Below, in pieces: positions 52,416 to 64,000 of a stretch of DNA of 64,000 nucleotides. Within the stretch, counting starts at the first letter, position 1; each line of letters starts with the position of its first letter. Location of the stretch: contig NW_024704743.1 of assembly GCF_018977255.1 (NCBI RefSeq), positions 4,218,001 to 4,282,000 of the forward strand, written 5' to 3'. The position numbers and the translations under genes are program-made. The stretch is from Callorhinchus milii (Eukaryota). The notes beneath the pieces are model-generated. The model was not told the origin of the DNA and searched no databases. It saw only the letters and a list, made by a program, of their open reading frames with translations.

Positions 52416-52899
52416 TTATTTTTCTGCAAAGCCACCATCACGATCTACACCCTTGGGACAATGTGGAACCAGGGCCAGAATGCGTTACGGTAAAATGATG
52501 CGCAAATGGCCTTTCTGGTTTCCTAGTGAAACACGGTTAATCTTCGGTGAAAACACGGAGCACAAACTTTAGAGTTACCAACAATCACCTCTACGGTATG
52601 GCGACTGATACCGAAACTCTCACTCAACTCACGTTGAGTGAATCGTCAATCTTTGTGGATCAGTTCATCGACTCTCTGTGTATTCTCTTCGTTAACAGCT
52701 GTTGCTGCCTGCCCTACTGTGAGACGCATCTTGAAGTTTAATTTCTCTGCTTTTCACACGATTTACCCAGGGTGTTACAGCACTGGCATAAATCCTCACC
52801 TGTCCTTACACTTTCATCATGCATTGGTGAAATCCCCTGAGCTGTGGGAAATTCAATTACCGCTCTCTGCTTAACACGTGCATCAATACTAAGCAGCAT
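52416..52899 (-). pseudogene. Mariner transposase relic (N-terminal HTH region joined to C-terminus; frameshifts and a stop)
   Basis: Manual translation: MLLSIDARVKQRAVIEFPTAQGISP / TAVNEENTQRVDELIHKD*RFTQRELSESFGISRHTV..KVCAPCFHRRLT / LVPHCPKGVDRDGGFAEK*. These resemble mariner motifs (QRAVIEFL, DRRIT.RE, KVCARWVP, RW.KC...GDYVEK). Confidence 0.8.
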
Positions 52900-52923
52900 C
52901 TTGAACTGCTGTAACATGCCTTC

Positions 52924-53386
52924 GCGACCACATCACTCCCACCCTCGCTCGCCTCCACGCCTCCACCCTTCCCATCCCCCAGAGGATCGAATTCAAGATC
53001 CTCATCCTCCTTTCCGACCAACTATCCCCCTACTTACCTGCCCGTACCCTCCGTTCCTCTGGCTCCGGTCTGCTCCACGTCCCCCGCCCCAACCGCCCTA
53101 CCATCGGTGGCCGGGCCTTCAGCCTCTCAGCCCCTCGGCTCTGGAACTCCATCCCACAGTGCCTTCGCCGCTTCCTCCCTTTCCTCCTTCAAGGCCGGTC
53201 TCACGAACTTTCTCTTTGACCGTGCCTTCGGCTCACCTCTCGACTCTCTACCCCCTCCTCGCTCCCTCCCTTCCCTCCCCTCACCCTGACCATATCCCCC
53301 CTGCTCGGGTCCTGACCCAACTGTCCAGCGCCTTGGGACGTCCTCCCGACGTGAAAGGCGCTCTATAAATGAAATCTTGTTGTTGT
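52924..53386 (+). mobile_element. 5'-truncated L2-clade LINE nested in the mariner, TSD TGCCTTC
   Basis: L2 ORF2 C-terminal remnant (ttcaagatcctc; ttcagcctctcagcccctcggctctggaactc), tail ccttgggacgtcctcccgacgtgaaaggcgc..(ttg)n; TGCCTTC at 52917-52923 and 53387-53393. Confidence 0.85.
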
Positions 53387-54726
53387 TGCCTTCAGCTAAT
53401 TAGAAGTAAGCAAAACATTCGCAGCAGTGGCAGGATGTATAAAAGTATCTTGTGTATGTTTTCAGTACTGTACCACTTACCATTCGTCACAAAATAAATA
53501 GGAGGCTTAACTTTTTGCAAAGGTTTCTTTGTACAAAATCATTAAGAAGCCCAATGAAGAAAAAAAACACATAAAGCAGTTACTTTGCATACATAGCGAG
53601 ATAAATCCCAACATAACTGATAAAACTAACCGGGTTTTCACTACAAACTATATCTTGTCAGAAACATGTTCACAGAATTTCACAAGTTCAACTACTTAAA
53701 TACTGCAGCTTCTGCATCTGATAATTTATAATGAAACGCCCTGTGCCTGGCAGGTCCCCAGTTCTCTAGGACCGCGCTAATGTCGGGCCAACTGGTCTGG
53801 ATTGTAAGCAGGACCTGGCCATTACTATCCTTGCTACTCAGTTCCTGTTAACCATGCAAGCCAAAGGCCTGAAAGGTAGAGTATTGCAAGCCAAATTTAG
53901 CAAAATTTGTCAGTCTTCGCCATGGCACTCTGCGCAGTGTTAGCGGCTGAGTGTACTCTGCTACAACAACAACAACAGCAAAGTTACGGCGCTCCGGGAT
54001 GCTACCCCGTGTGAAGGGCGCTATGTAAATGCAAGTTGTTGATGTCAGAGTACGCTAAGCAGCTAAAACGGCGCAGCTCACCATTGAATCGCCAATCCCC
54101 ATCGGCTCCTGACAAACTCCACCTAATACTGTCCAGACGCGGTGAGCAGCGTGGTTCGCTCGGGAGTAGAAAGTGTAGACTCCATTCAAAACAAGACAAC
54201 ATTTCCACACCCGTGAGGAGCTTTCAGCAGTCCAGTTTGGATACTCTCACGCATGGTGATGGATTTCCGTGTGTGTTCAGATACCCGGCCCACCCCCCCC
54301 AAAAAAAAATTAACGATAAATTGTTCAATAAATATGTACAATTACAGATAGTATTACAGCACAGAAGTAGGCCAATCAGTCCAACGAGTCTGTGTCGGTG
54401 TTTATCCTCCACATGAGCTCCCACTCCTCTGAATTCCCTCTCCCAAATATTCTATATTCCCTTTGCCCTTGTACACGCATCAACAAAATAACAACAACTT
54501 GCTTTTGTATAGCACCCTTCACGTGGGTAGGGTCAGAGCATACATACACAAAATACAACACAGCCTTATTTCTTGCAGTAAATCACAATGGAATAATAAG
54601 ATGTTGCCCAACATATTTAGAAGAATTTAGAAGCCAAGGTTTATAAGATCCTGAGGTTTCCCACATTTTACCAAGTTGTCTTTCGAGTGAAGGTGTTAAA
54701 AATGCCTGCGTACGTCGGTCACTTAC

Positions 54727-54823
54727 ATTCTAAATTTTCGATGTACAGATTCTCAAATTCTCGTTCAATCTGCCCAAATAGTTCCAGCAAAGTTTGCCGA
54801 ATCGATGGTGGCAGTTTGGAATC
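54727..54823 (-). CDS. WDR37: WDR37 coding exon (approx. human exon 3), 97 bp, [32 protein letters not shown]
   Basis: Manual translation matches the recalled WDR37 N-terminal coiled-coil region; ctctag| acceptor, |gtaagt donor; phase 0 to 1. Confidence 0.96.
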
Positions 54824-55079
54824 CTAGAGGCAAGACAGACAGACAAGGAGAAAGTGAATTAAAAATAGTCGTACATTTTCTGGTTACTCGTTGAAGCAAT
54901 ATTTAACAGATCAAGCTGTTCAAAACCTCACCTCACCAGCCTTTTTTTTTCCTGTCAAAGACGCATCGTTTTAATTCTAATGTGTAGTGATTATTTATGG
55001 ATAAATGCAGCAACTGATTTGTGCATGGTAATGTTCCACCATCAACCAAACAGTGAACGACCATTTGTTTCTGGAGGAC

Positions 55080-55620
55080 ATTTGGATTTTCGAATAGTGT
55101 CAGCTGAACAGGCAGACTGGACCTTGTTTTATCGTCTTATTTGAAAGATGGCACCTTCAAAAATGAAATCCACCCCTTGCACTGGATTGGAGCGTCAGCT
55201 TGGACTGTGAATTCAAAGTTCTGGAGTTCTGTAGCTCAGTGGTTCGAGCACTCGCCTCGCAAGCGAGAGACCTGGGTTCGATTCCCGGCAGGGGGCGAAA
55301 CCTTGGGGAAGTTTCCTTACTCCACATGCCTGATAATAATCCCTCGAGGAAAAAAAATAATAATATAGTTGGTCACTTCAATCCGTGACTGTTTGTGGGA
55401 CACTGCTGTGCGCAATTGGCTGTTGTGTTTCGCCCACAAATATACAGTCAATTCACTTTACAATATGCTCTGTGAAGCGATTTGAGATGTCTAGAAGACG
55501 TGAAAAGGGCTATTTCAAATGCAAGGATTATTTTTTATTATTATTACTGAGGTGGTGGGGGCTTGAACCCACAATCTTCTGACACAGAGCTGAGAGTGCT
55601 ACCAACTGAACCAGGCTGAC
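55080..55620 (-). mobile_element. Older Deu-domain SINE split by a younger SINE
   Basis: ctgaacaggcagactggaccttgttt..aaagatggcacc (55085-55215) and gggcttgaacccacaatcttctgac..gagagtgctaccaactgaaccaggctgac (55548-55620). Confidence 0.7.
55223..55546 (+). mobile_element. SINE intermediate variant, full length
   Basis: Head with A/B boxes; central segment deleted (ccacatgcctgataataatccc); long-type tail. Confidence 0.88.
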
Positions 55621-56152
55621 AAACATATGCTGACATGGCAGGAAGGGCAGATGGAAATGACAGCTCATCAGCCAAGGAGGAAGTATACAAAAGGAAATAT
55701 AATTCACGGAGATTCTACAAATTTACATCAAATGATCTTTTACTGCAAACGTGCACGTGCAACACTTATAAAACCAACAATGAGGTGGGCAACCAGAGTA
55801 ATATTGCGGGGTGATTTGGGATGAAATAACATCCAAGGTGACCAGGGGGAACAAAAAAAGACAGAGGACTCAGTTTTCTTTTAGTAACAACTCTTTCTAC
55901 GCATGTGCACAGGGAAGACAGTAGCACTGGTTGGGAAATTCTGCGTCCCTCTGTTATAACGGGGCTCCACGATATAGCCCTTCGAGCATAACAGCATTTG
56001 TACCACAATCGTCAGTTAGCGCTGTCATGTAAAATAAATGTCTGAAAGGGCTTCACTTAAGACAATGGATAAGAAATGAATCGAATGTTACTCAGGTAAA
56101 CAAAACACCTCACCTACACTAGCAACGTCTCAAACAACGGGATGAGACATCT

Positions 56153-56333
56153 CAAGACCCTCCCTTCGACCGTGCCTTCGGCCACTCTCCTACCCTCTCT
56201 GCCCTCCATCCCCACCTCCCTCCGCCCCGTCCCCCACCTCTCCCTCCCCGCTCGGGTCCTAATCCCTGACTGTTCAGCACCTTGGGACATCCTCCCGTCA
56301 TGAAAGGCGCTTTACAAATGTAATTTGATATTG
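56153..56333 (+). mobile_element. L2 LINE extreme 3' end
   Basis: ctcaagaccctcccttcgaccgtgccttcggcc..ccttgggacatcctcccgtcatgaaaggcgc. Confidence 0.8.
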
Positions 56334-58754
56334 TATGAGCAGCCAATTTAAATGGCGAGATACATTTGGATTTGGAGGGGGAAAATCAGCCAGGATAACA
56401 GGGAGAAAAATGCCACGTTTCTTTTCATTCACAAATAACTGACAACTAGAATTTGTTTTACCCCAAAATATTCTTCTCTATTGCTCTTGGCTATTAACGT
56501 GGGTTGCGGAAGGTTCCCTCCCTACATCGAAAGCATGCAATTTGGCAACAGAGTTTATTTTATATTAATACAAGTTTATACGAATAAAAAGCTTGTGTTT
56601 CACATGCGTCCAAGTCTGACCACCGGACTACTGACATTTGACATTTATGATATCACACAGTCCCTTTGTTTCCAAGTGTAGAATTTAATTGGGTAACGCT
56701 AAATTTTAGTCAACCTTGTATTTACATCTGTGGATATTAGGTCTAATTGACGATAGTATAAGTATATGTATGTATATCAATAATGCATGTACCCACAGAT
56801 TGATCCCATCATATATATATATATATATATATAGTTAGTATTAAGGAAAAGTTTTAAAGCCACAATGCTGATAGTTGAACATCTTCACAGTTCCTTTCTG
56901 AATGTTTGAAAACTAGAACAGTTGACAATTCTTAACATACTGTCCTTTACGCTATATTTCAAATAATGGAAAGAATGCAAGGATTATCATTATCTTTGAA
57001 ACCGTACGTCAGTATGCGTCAATGGACTGAGGAGAGAAAGGAGAGAGCTGACAAGTGGAAAGAAAAGCAATTTTAACGTTTAAACAAAAGCAACAAAGAA
57101 CTGAGAGAAAAGGATTAGTTAAAAAAAAAAGACCCTGAAGATTAGTTATAATGCATTTGGTCCTCCCTTCCCTCAAAAAAAAACCACCCTGTAGTATCAA
57201 GTTGAACACGGAGAGAACTCTGGCATAACGGATCCAGGGTTTTGTAGTGTGCAGGTCTTGGGAGGACTTTAATGATTTTCATCTTCCTCACAATTTTAAT
57301 GGTTGAGCGGTCTGGAAAGGTATTAGCCAGGTTAATTAATATTTAAGGTGTTTTAGCCTTTTGATAACCTTGGAAATAGCAGTCATCAGCGAAGATTACC
57401 GATGAGTTACCGTGTTGGGTAGCAAATTACACTCAGATTCAGGAGCCATCTGGTTCTGGGTGGGAGGTAAGACATGGGAACATCTTTATGTGCCTTTTTC
57501 AGTTCTCACGTACAGCGGGCACCACAAATACCATTCCCAGCCATGTTACACAAGACACTGCTGCTCGCGTAACACAATGCAGGGCTGTGCCAATCGAGCT
57601 CCCATGGTGCTGCCAATGGATAAATATTTTATAAGGTTTTGATAACTTTGCAGCCTAAACTACAGTGCCGCACTTCATTGACAAACCAGAGCGACTGAAA
57701 TTAGGCACAGGCCCCAGAGTAATAAAACGCCAGTACAAATTAAGATGCAATCTGATTTTATGCAAGTATTGGATCTACCCCTTGAAGAGAAGATATTGCG
57801 AACACCGCACAACAAAGCACATTGTCAGATCTCTCTCTCTCTCACTCACTCACACATGCACAGACTACACAAATCCACACACGCACACACACATATATAT
57901 CAAATACGAGGATTGCCATCGTATAGTTAGGAGAGTCAGTCAATATACAAAGACACAACCTTTTTATTAATATGAACAGCGAGCAGGGCAGCTAAAAGAC
58001 ATGAAGGAGAAATTGCCCTGCCTGGCTCTAGATTTATTCTATTTCTATGTGGCATCTCAAAGCATCCCGAATTTGGCAAATTGTTAAATATTGCCTTAAT
58101 TTTCAAGCTGATATTCTGCAAGTTCTTTTGTGAACCGGAGAAAATCAACTTCAAACAATAAATTCAATCATTTTCTAAAAGTCTGGATGCTCCATAAATG
58201 CTACAAAAATAGATCTAGACCCAAGTGGGATTTTCCTCCAATAAATGGCATAAACATTCAGAGTGAAAGGCCCAGGGCCTTCAACTCACAACGTGATGTG
58301 ATATAATCGTCACCAAAAGAGGAAGCCTTGGGAATTAATGATAAAAGCTTATTACTACAAATTCTAGCCTTTAATAGCACACGTTTCACATCAGGAGGAC
58401 GTCTCAAAGCGCTTCGCAGGGGTTACGGTGAAGTGTAGCGACTGCAGAGATCATAACCGCAGCAGCCAATTTACGCTCAACAATGTCGCACAAACAGCCG
58501 TAAAATGAAATACCAATTTTAAAAGTAATGAAGTCAGCCTATGCTGCTGTAGGTATGAAGCAGGACTCGCAGAAATCTGGGCGCAGGTTAGCGTCCTATT
58601 CGCTCAGTTGGGCAAAATAAAACTAAAACACTGTTAGACAAAAAAGGGAAATCAACCTCACAGAGCACAGCAAGTGTCAGATTGCTAAAAAAATCATAGA
58701 ATTGTCAAGCCGTTAATTTTTAATTCTTCTCTCTCTCTCCCTCTCGTCTACATA

Positions 58755-59095
58755 TAATAATAATAATCCTTGCGTTTGATGTAGCGCTTTTCACGTCTTC
58801 TGGATGTCTCAAAGCGCTTCACAGAATAGACTGTAAAGTGAACTGACTGTATATTTTGTGGGCGAAACGCAGCAGCGTCCCCACAAACAGTCGTGGATTG
58901 AGTGACCAAATTATCATTGCTTTTTTGAGGGATTATTATCCCCAGAAAAGCGATCCGCCAACCAACTAACAACCGGGTTCCTACTCACTGCTGGGTAAAC
59001 AGGCGTGTGGAGTAAGGAAACTTGCCCAACATTTCGCCCATCGAACATCGAACCCAGGTCCTCCCGCTCGCTCTAACTACTGAGCTACAGGACTC
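58755..59095 (-). mobile_element. tRNA-headed SINE, long form
   Basis: Reverse complement of the consensus with small deletions. Confidence 0.88.
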
Positions 59096-59609
59096 TCTCA
59101 GCAACCGAAACAATAGTTCTGGTCTTTGTTCGGGTTTCTTCAGAAAACAGCGGACAAGATACGTCTTTTTAAAATGTCGCAGTCCTCTTATTCAGTGCTG
59201 AAGCAGTTTGGGAGTGCTTCATTCGGTTTAGCTGCAACTTTCTTTGGATGTTTTCTCAAGTCCACCTCGGGGCCAGATTGCAAAGGCGAAAGCAGTCTAA
59301 CAAATTCCTGAAGCTGATGTGTGAAAAAAAAAATGGGCATTTGCAGCTGACCAAAATATTATTCAGCGCACGATAACTAAAGCGCCCAACGGCCAAAAAG
59401 AAATAAGCGGGTTGCTACAAGCGATTCTGGAAATTTACCAAAGAAAGCGCTTGCATTTTTACAGGCACTCTAGCACGTCAAAACATCTCAAAAGTATTTT
59501 ACAGCAATTACTGTCAAACACGGTGACTGCATGAGCCAAAGCAGCAGCCATTTTCGATACCACCAATATCCTACAATCAGCCATGGAGGATTATTGATCA
59601 CCCATACAT

Positions 59610-60035
59610 TTGATAATAGCACCTCTCACTCACGTCAGGAGTACGTCATTAAGCACTTCACAGGACAGACTGTAAAATGCAATGACTGTGCATTTTGTGA
59701 ACAACGCGGCAGCTTATCTGCGCACAACAATATCCCACAAACAGCCTTGAAGTGAATGAGCAATTCTATTTGTTGGCCAGAACACCAGGAGAAACTCCCT
59801 TCTCTTTTCAAATAGTACTGCGGGATCTGTAACGTCCAACCTGAACAAGACGTTAAACCAGGGACAGGTCTACTTGTTCAGGTGGACGTTAAAGATCCTA
59901 ATTTATCTGTGGGACAAGTCCAAAGGAGGCACCGCTGACATTGCAGCTTTCCCCCAGCACTGCACTGGGGTATCGGTCTGGACGAGATCAGTCCTGACGT
60001 GGCTAGGGTTTCAATGCACAACTTTCTGCCTCAGG
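59610..60035 (-). mobile_element. Older Deu-domain SINE with an internal inverted duplication
   Basis: gttggccagaacaccaggagaaactccc..gggatctgtaacgtcc..cccccagcactgcactggg. Confidence 0.65.
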
Positions 60036-60939
60036 AGTTTCTATCTCGTCCAAAGCACGGTACCTCTACGAATGCTATTAGCTTGTACTACAAGCTCAAG
60101 TCCCAACGTGAAGCAAACAAACCTGTTTTCTTTTTTGAGAAGCACCAGGGGCATGTCATAATCAAAAGATCTATCCTTCACTGATCACCAAAACATAGCA
60201 ATGCTTTTCCTCGTGCCTTGATAATGGGAAAACAAAAAAGATGCAACTCAATCTATCCCAATGGCTTTACAATCAGAACTCATCGTCAAGAGATCTCGCG
60301 GTGATACTGTGCACATTATTTCTTGAGGGAACGTAGTTTGCTCGATTAAGGCTGAAATTGATTTTGATTCACTACAAAACTGTGTCTGTATTGCACTCGT
60401 CATGAGTGGGTTTCATCCAGAGTATTTCTGATGGATGTAAATATCCAGCCCACATTCCCCAAACCAGCAGAGAGAAATTTGAGGTAAGGTTTCAGAAATA
60501 AACGCGGGGTTGGGGGGGAAAGAGAGAGAGGGAGGGTTAACAATTGCTCATCAGGAAAATGACGCCTTAAGCCGGAAAAGTCACCTCGGGAGGTAAACTT
60601 AGTCTCCTCCAGGGAACCCCATGTAGGTCACAGCAACCCATGAGAATTAGTTGAAACTAATTTGGCTGTTCTGCTCCAGTGCACCTCTGGGTCACATGTT
60701 TTGAATCAAATATCAAGGTCACATTAAAGAAACACCAAGAGCTTACTTAACATCTTTCCCAAAAGCACAACAAATTGCAAAGATTTGCACGAACAACGTA
60801 AACTATTCCAAAGCCCATTTGGAGCAAAACTTGTTCTGGATTTTAATTTGAAGTGTGGTTAAAGTGCCCTTTATGTTGCAAAATCACAAATTACATTTTC
60901 TCAACTGGACTTCTTAAAACAAAATCCCCTTAAACATCT

Positions 60940-61259
60940 GGAGTCCTGTAGCTCAGTGGTTAGAGCACTCGCTTTGCAAGTGAGAGACCCGAGTTCAGTT
61001 CCAGGCAGAGGGCGAAACCTTGGGCAAGTTTCCTTACTCCACACAGAGCCTAATAATAATCCCTCCAAAAACCAAAAACAATAATAAATTGGTCATTTTC
61101 AATCTACGACTGTTTGTGGACATTGCTGTGCGCAATTGGCTGCCGCGTTCGCCCACAAATATACAGTTAATTCACTTTACAGTGTGTTCTGTGAAGCGCT
61201 TTGGGACGTCCTCCCGACGTGAAAAACGCTATATCAAATGCAAGGATTATTATTATTAT
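60940..61259 (+). mobile_element. SINE short subfamily, full length, young
   Basis: Near-identical to the 25517 and 38887 copies; ATCTG on both sides (possible TSD). Confidence 0.92.
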
Positions 61260-62769
61260 CTGAACCTCAGACACCTGCAGAAGTCTGGAAAATTCTTCAA
61301 TTCACTCCATATATTTTCCAGAGAAATCGAGCTTCCAAAAAGACTGAATTCAAGATTTTGTTTCAAAATTCTGCACAAACGTGAAGTTTTAAGACTCAAG
61401 GCTAAGACCAATAGAAATTCTGGACCCCCAAGGAACTTTGAGACCCATCCCTTTACACCGTACCCATTTGAGAATATGGAGATAATCTACATCAAAACTA
61501 CTACTAAATGCAAGGATTAAATTACTCTTTAAAAACAAGAAGCAAACCGCACTACTACTACATCTGGTAACATTAGGTCCTGTTCTTTATCGTGAATAAA
61601 AATTGCCGTTTGTTACTTACCTCCATAATCAGATCACCTCGTTGCTAAAAATTAATCCGAATGTAGGAACAGGCGCAGTTAGTTCTCATAGCCAACCGGC
61701 AAGAAAACTTCCAAATAATGTGATGTGCTTGCCTCTCACACAGACTCCTTTGCCTTCATTTTCAGCAAAGAGATCTCCCCCACTTCTCTTCTACAATCTA
61801 CAAAAGAGCATTATGCCCCCAGCGTAGCAGTCGCTGAACAAAGGTTTAAGTCAAACTCCAATTAACTGTTCTCTATCCTGTCAATGAGATATGTAAACAC
61901 TTATGGAAACAGCAATTAACAAACACTACACTCCTCTTTTCTTTCCGAGCCAGTGAATCATGTGGTTGAAAGAAAGTAAAGGTCTCCCTAGCAACAAAAA
62001 ATAATAAGAGCATTCAGGAGGTACGAAATAGGAGCACCTCTGGTTTTATATAGACCGGCATTTTGCACTCAGAGCTGATAACCATATTTAGCCATGAAAA
62101 GTAGACGCATTGAAAAGCTCAATAAATCGGTTCTACTGCAGCAAATGCCCATCTTTTTAATGATGTTTAAAAAGACTTCAACAATTAACATTATAAATGC
62201 ATAAATGTACCCATTGTGGTGGTGACCAACAGTCTTATGTTCAATCCGTGTAAGTCATAAATTAAAGTTTATTATCCCAAAGTTTACCAGAGTCTAAGTT
62301 ATCTATACCAAACCCACAGAACCCGCTGCTCAGACAGGACAGTCAAAAAAGAAACTTGCAATATAACAAGCTCAACAATTTAAAATAAATGTAATGAGTC
62401 ACATGCCTCCCTGGTACTGGTCCAAACTGAACAAATGGATTTTGGGGGGAGGTCAAGAAAAGGGATAGAAATCTTTTGTGGAAAATTAAAGCTGCAGGGT
62501 CAACAACTCGGTCTAATAAACATGAGTGCCAACACTATCACCGGTGTCATTTTTCCACTTCTTTACGAAATCTGGAAAAAACTGTCAACTGCTTTACGGT
62601 ACAACTCCGTTGCTCATTACACATCGGTAATTCTGCAATTACTGACTCAATATCTCTGAGAATCAGGAAATTCATCTGTACAATCTCTCTCAAGGAGGTC
62701 AGAGTAAATTTCAAATACTTTGGTTGGGAGATTTTACGGGGAACAAACAGCTATAAAAGCCATCGGGAT

Positions 62770-62930
62770 TACAGGATCTGCTACGATTAAATGAACGGGT
62801 GGAATAGGCTCAATGGGGTGAATAGCCTCCTTCTATTTTCCTCCCTTTCCTAGGTTCCTCTGCATGGAATAGGGTCGTGTGACTGTGGAAGGACTTGATG
62901 GGACAAATGGCCCTTTCCTGATCCGTGCTT
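62770..62930 (+). mobile_element. CR1-like 3' UTR remnants (two)
   Basis: gaacgggtggaataggctcaatggggtgaatagcctccttct and ggacttgatgggacaaatggccctttcctg. Confidence 0.5.
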
Positions 62931-64000
62931 TATTACACTTACACACCCGGACACGAGTTTCTACACGCTTTTAACTGGCGCTCAGCTATGCAAATTATGG
63001 TTAAATAAGTTACGTTGATGATGCTGATATTCTGAGTAATGTTAGCTAAGAGATACGGTATTGCAATTTGCAAAGATTCGGTGCAAAACATACTGGGCAT
63101 AAGCAGTATAAATTATCACAAATAAATGACATTACATTTTATGGAAGGACGAGTAACTCCGAGTCAAGAAGGTGAGCAATTGTAACGCAAACAAATTCTG
63201 GCGCACTAGCATCCAAGACTTGTGTTAACAGCGAGGGCTTTCAGTCAAACCAAACAAATGTGGGATATCTCTTTAAGAATAACGGACGATTTAAAAACCA
63301 ATGAAGTGAAAGCAGGAAGTATAAAAAGGACACTGGGAAGCAAGCCAATATGTGGCTGGAGTACTCAACGTCTGAGCCGCTAATAAAGAAATGACCTAAC
63401 ACACCCAGGCTTTGGATTTAATATCATTGCAAAATAAGTCCAAGGCCAAGCGTTGATGGTGCTTTAAGTCAAACAAATAACTGTTCAATTGCCGAATAAT
63501 AATACAGTACACTCCAAATAACTTGACCCGAGATTAACACTATCACTGTTTAAGTGGTTATGCCATCAATATCCCAGCCAGCGCCCAGGGAAAATATTAA
63601 TAAAGGACTTTGCTTTACTTGTCACTCCACTGAATATGTAACGGGTCATTGTACGTTGTCGTCGTCGTAGAAATTCTTGTCAGTGGTTAAAATGTAATAC
63701 TGATCAGATGTATGCATCCCAGTGGTCTCCTTCCTTATCCTGTGACTTGTGCGGGAACTTGACGTAAACTGGGTTTACTGGGAGGGGGGTAGGGAGGGAG
63801 GGTGGGGGTGGACCTATTGCTAGCTCATCACATCTGATAATTCGCCTCTGGACCCTCTTCTCTTGGACTGACGAGTTCCTGGACTTTTTTTTCTTTTTCT
63901 TGTAAATATCTTTATCGTTAGAATGATGTCTCCTTCTTTTAAGCTGTGTAGTAATAATATAATAATACTTGCATTTGATATAGCGCTTTTCACATCGGGA

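Larger units (their letters stand above)
52304..53533 (-). mobile_element. Internally deleted mariner DNA transposon fossil (irritans-like), interrupted by an L2
   Basis: TIR cores aaaagttatgcctcct (52318-52333) and aggaggcttaactttt (53500-53515) are 15/16 inverted matches; decayed transposase between them; right end terminates in TA (53532-53533). Confidence 0.8.

Noticed and set aside
54824..64000. Search for the WDR37 ATG exon (MP.ES...KQKRKSHSLSIRRTNS)
   Set aside because: Not found by eye; probably beyond the window end. A short ATG..|gtaac segment near 57411-57449 (MAPESECNLLPNT) has no supporting similarity.

Overview
Vertebrate genomic DNA, probably from a cartilaginous fish. That assignment is inferred from the repeat content and could not be verified. 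The window holds 12 coding exons of WDR37 on the minus strand (54823 down to the TGA at 15494). All have GT-AG junctions and consistent phases, and together they splice to 1350 nt (449 aa + stop, DSKLPP...ALLQEK*). The ATG-containing exon was not found and probably lies beyond 64000. A repeat-free 3' UTR of about 3.2 kb follows the stop. Introns and the downstream flank are dense in retroposons: a young tRNA-headed SINE with a Deu-like core and L2-type tail (long, intermediate and short variants), an older AmnSINE/SacSINE-like Deu-SINE, and L2 and CR1 LINE fragments. Notable non-gene structures: an internally deleted mariner fossil with both TIR cores and a nested L2 with a 7-bp TSD, a ~240-bp inverted duplication tied to a split and inverted L2, and several intronic hairpins. 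I found no convincing novel protein-coding system; nearly all ORF-track entries are repeat-derived or chance ORFs.
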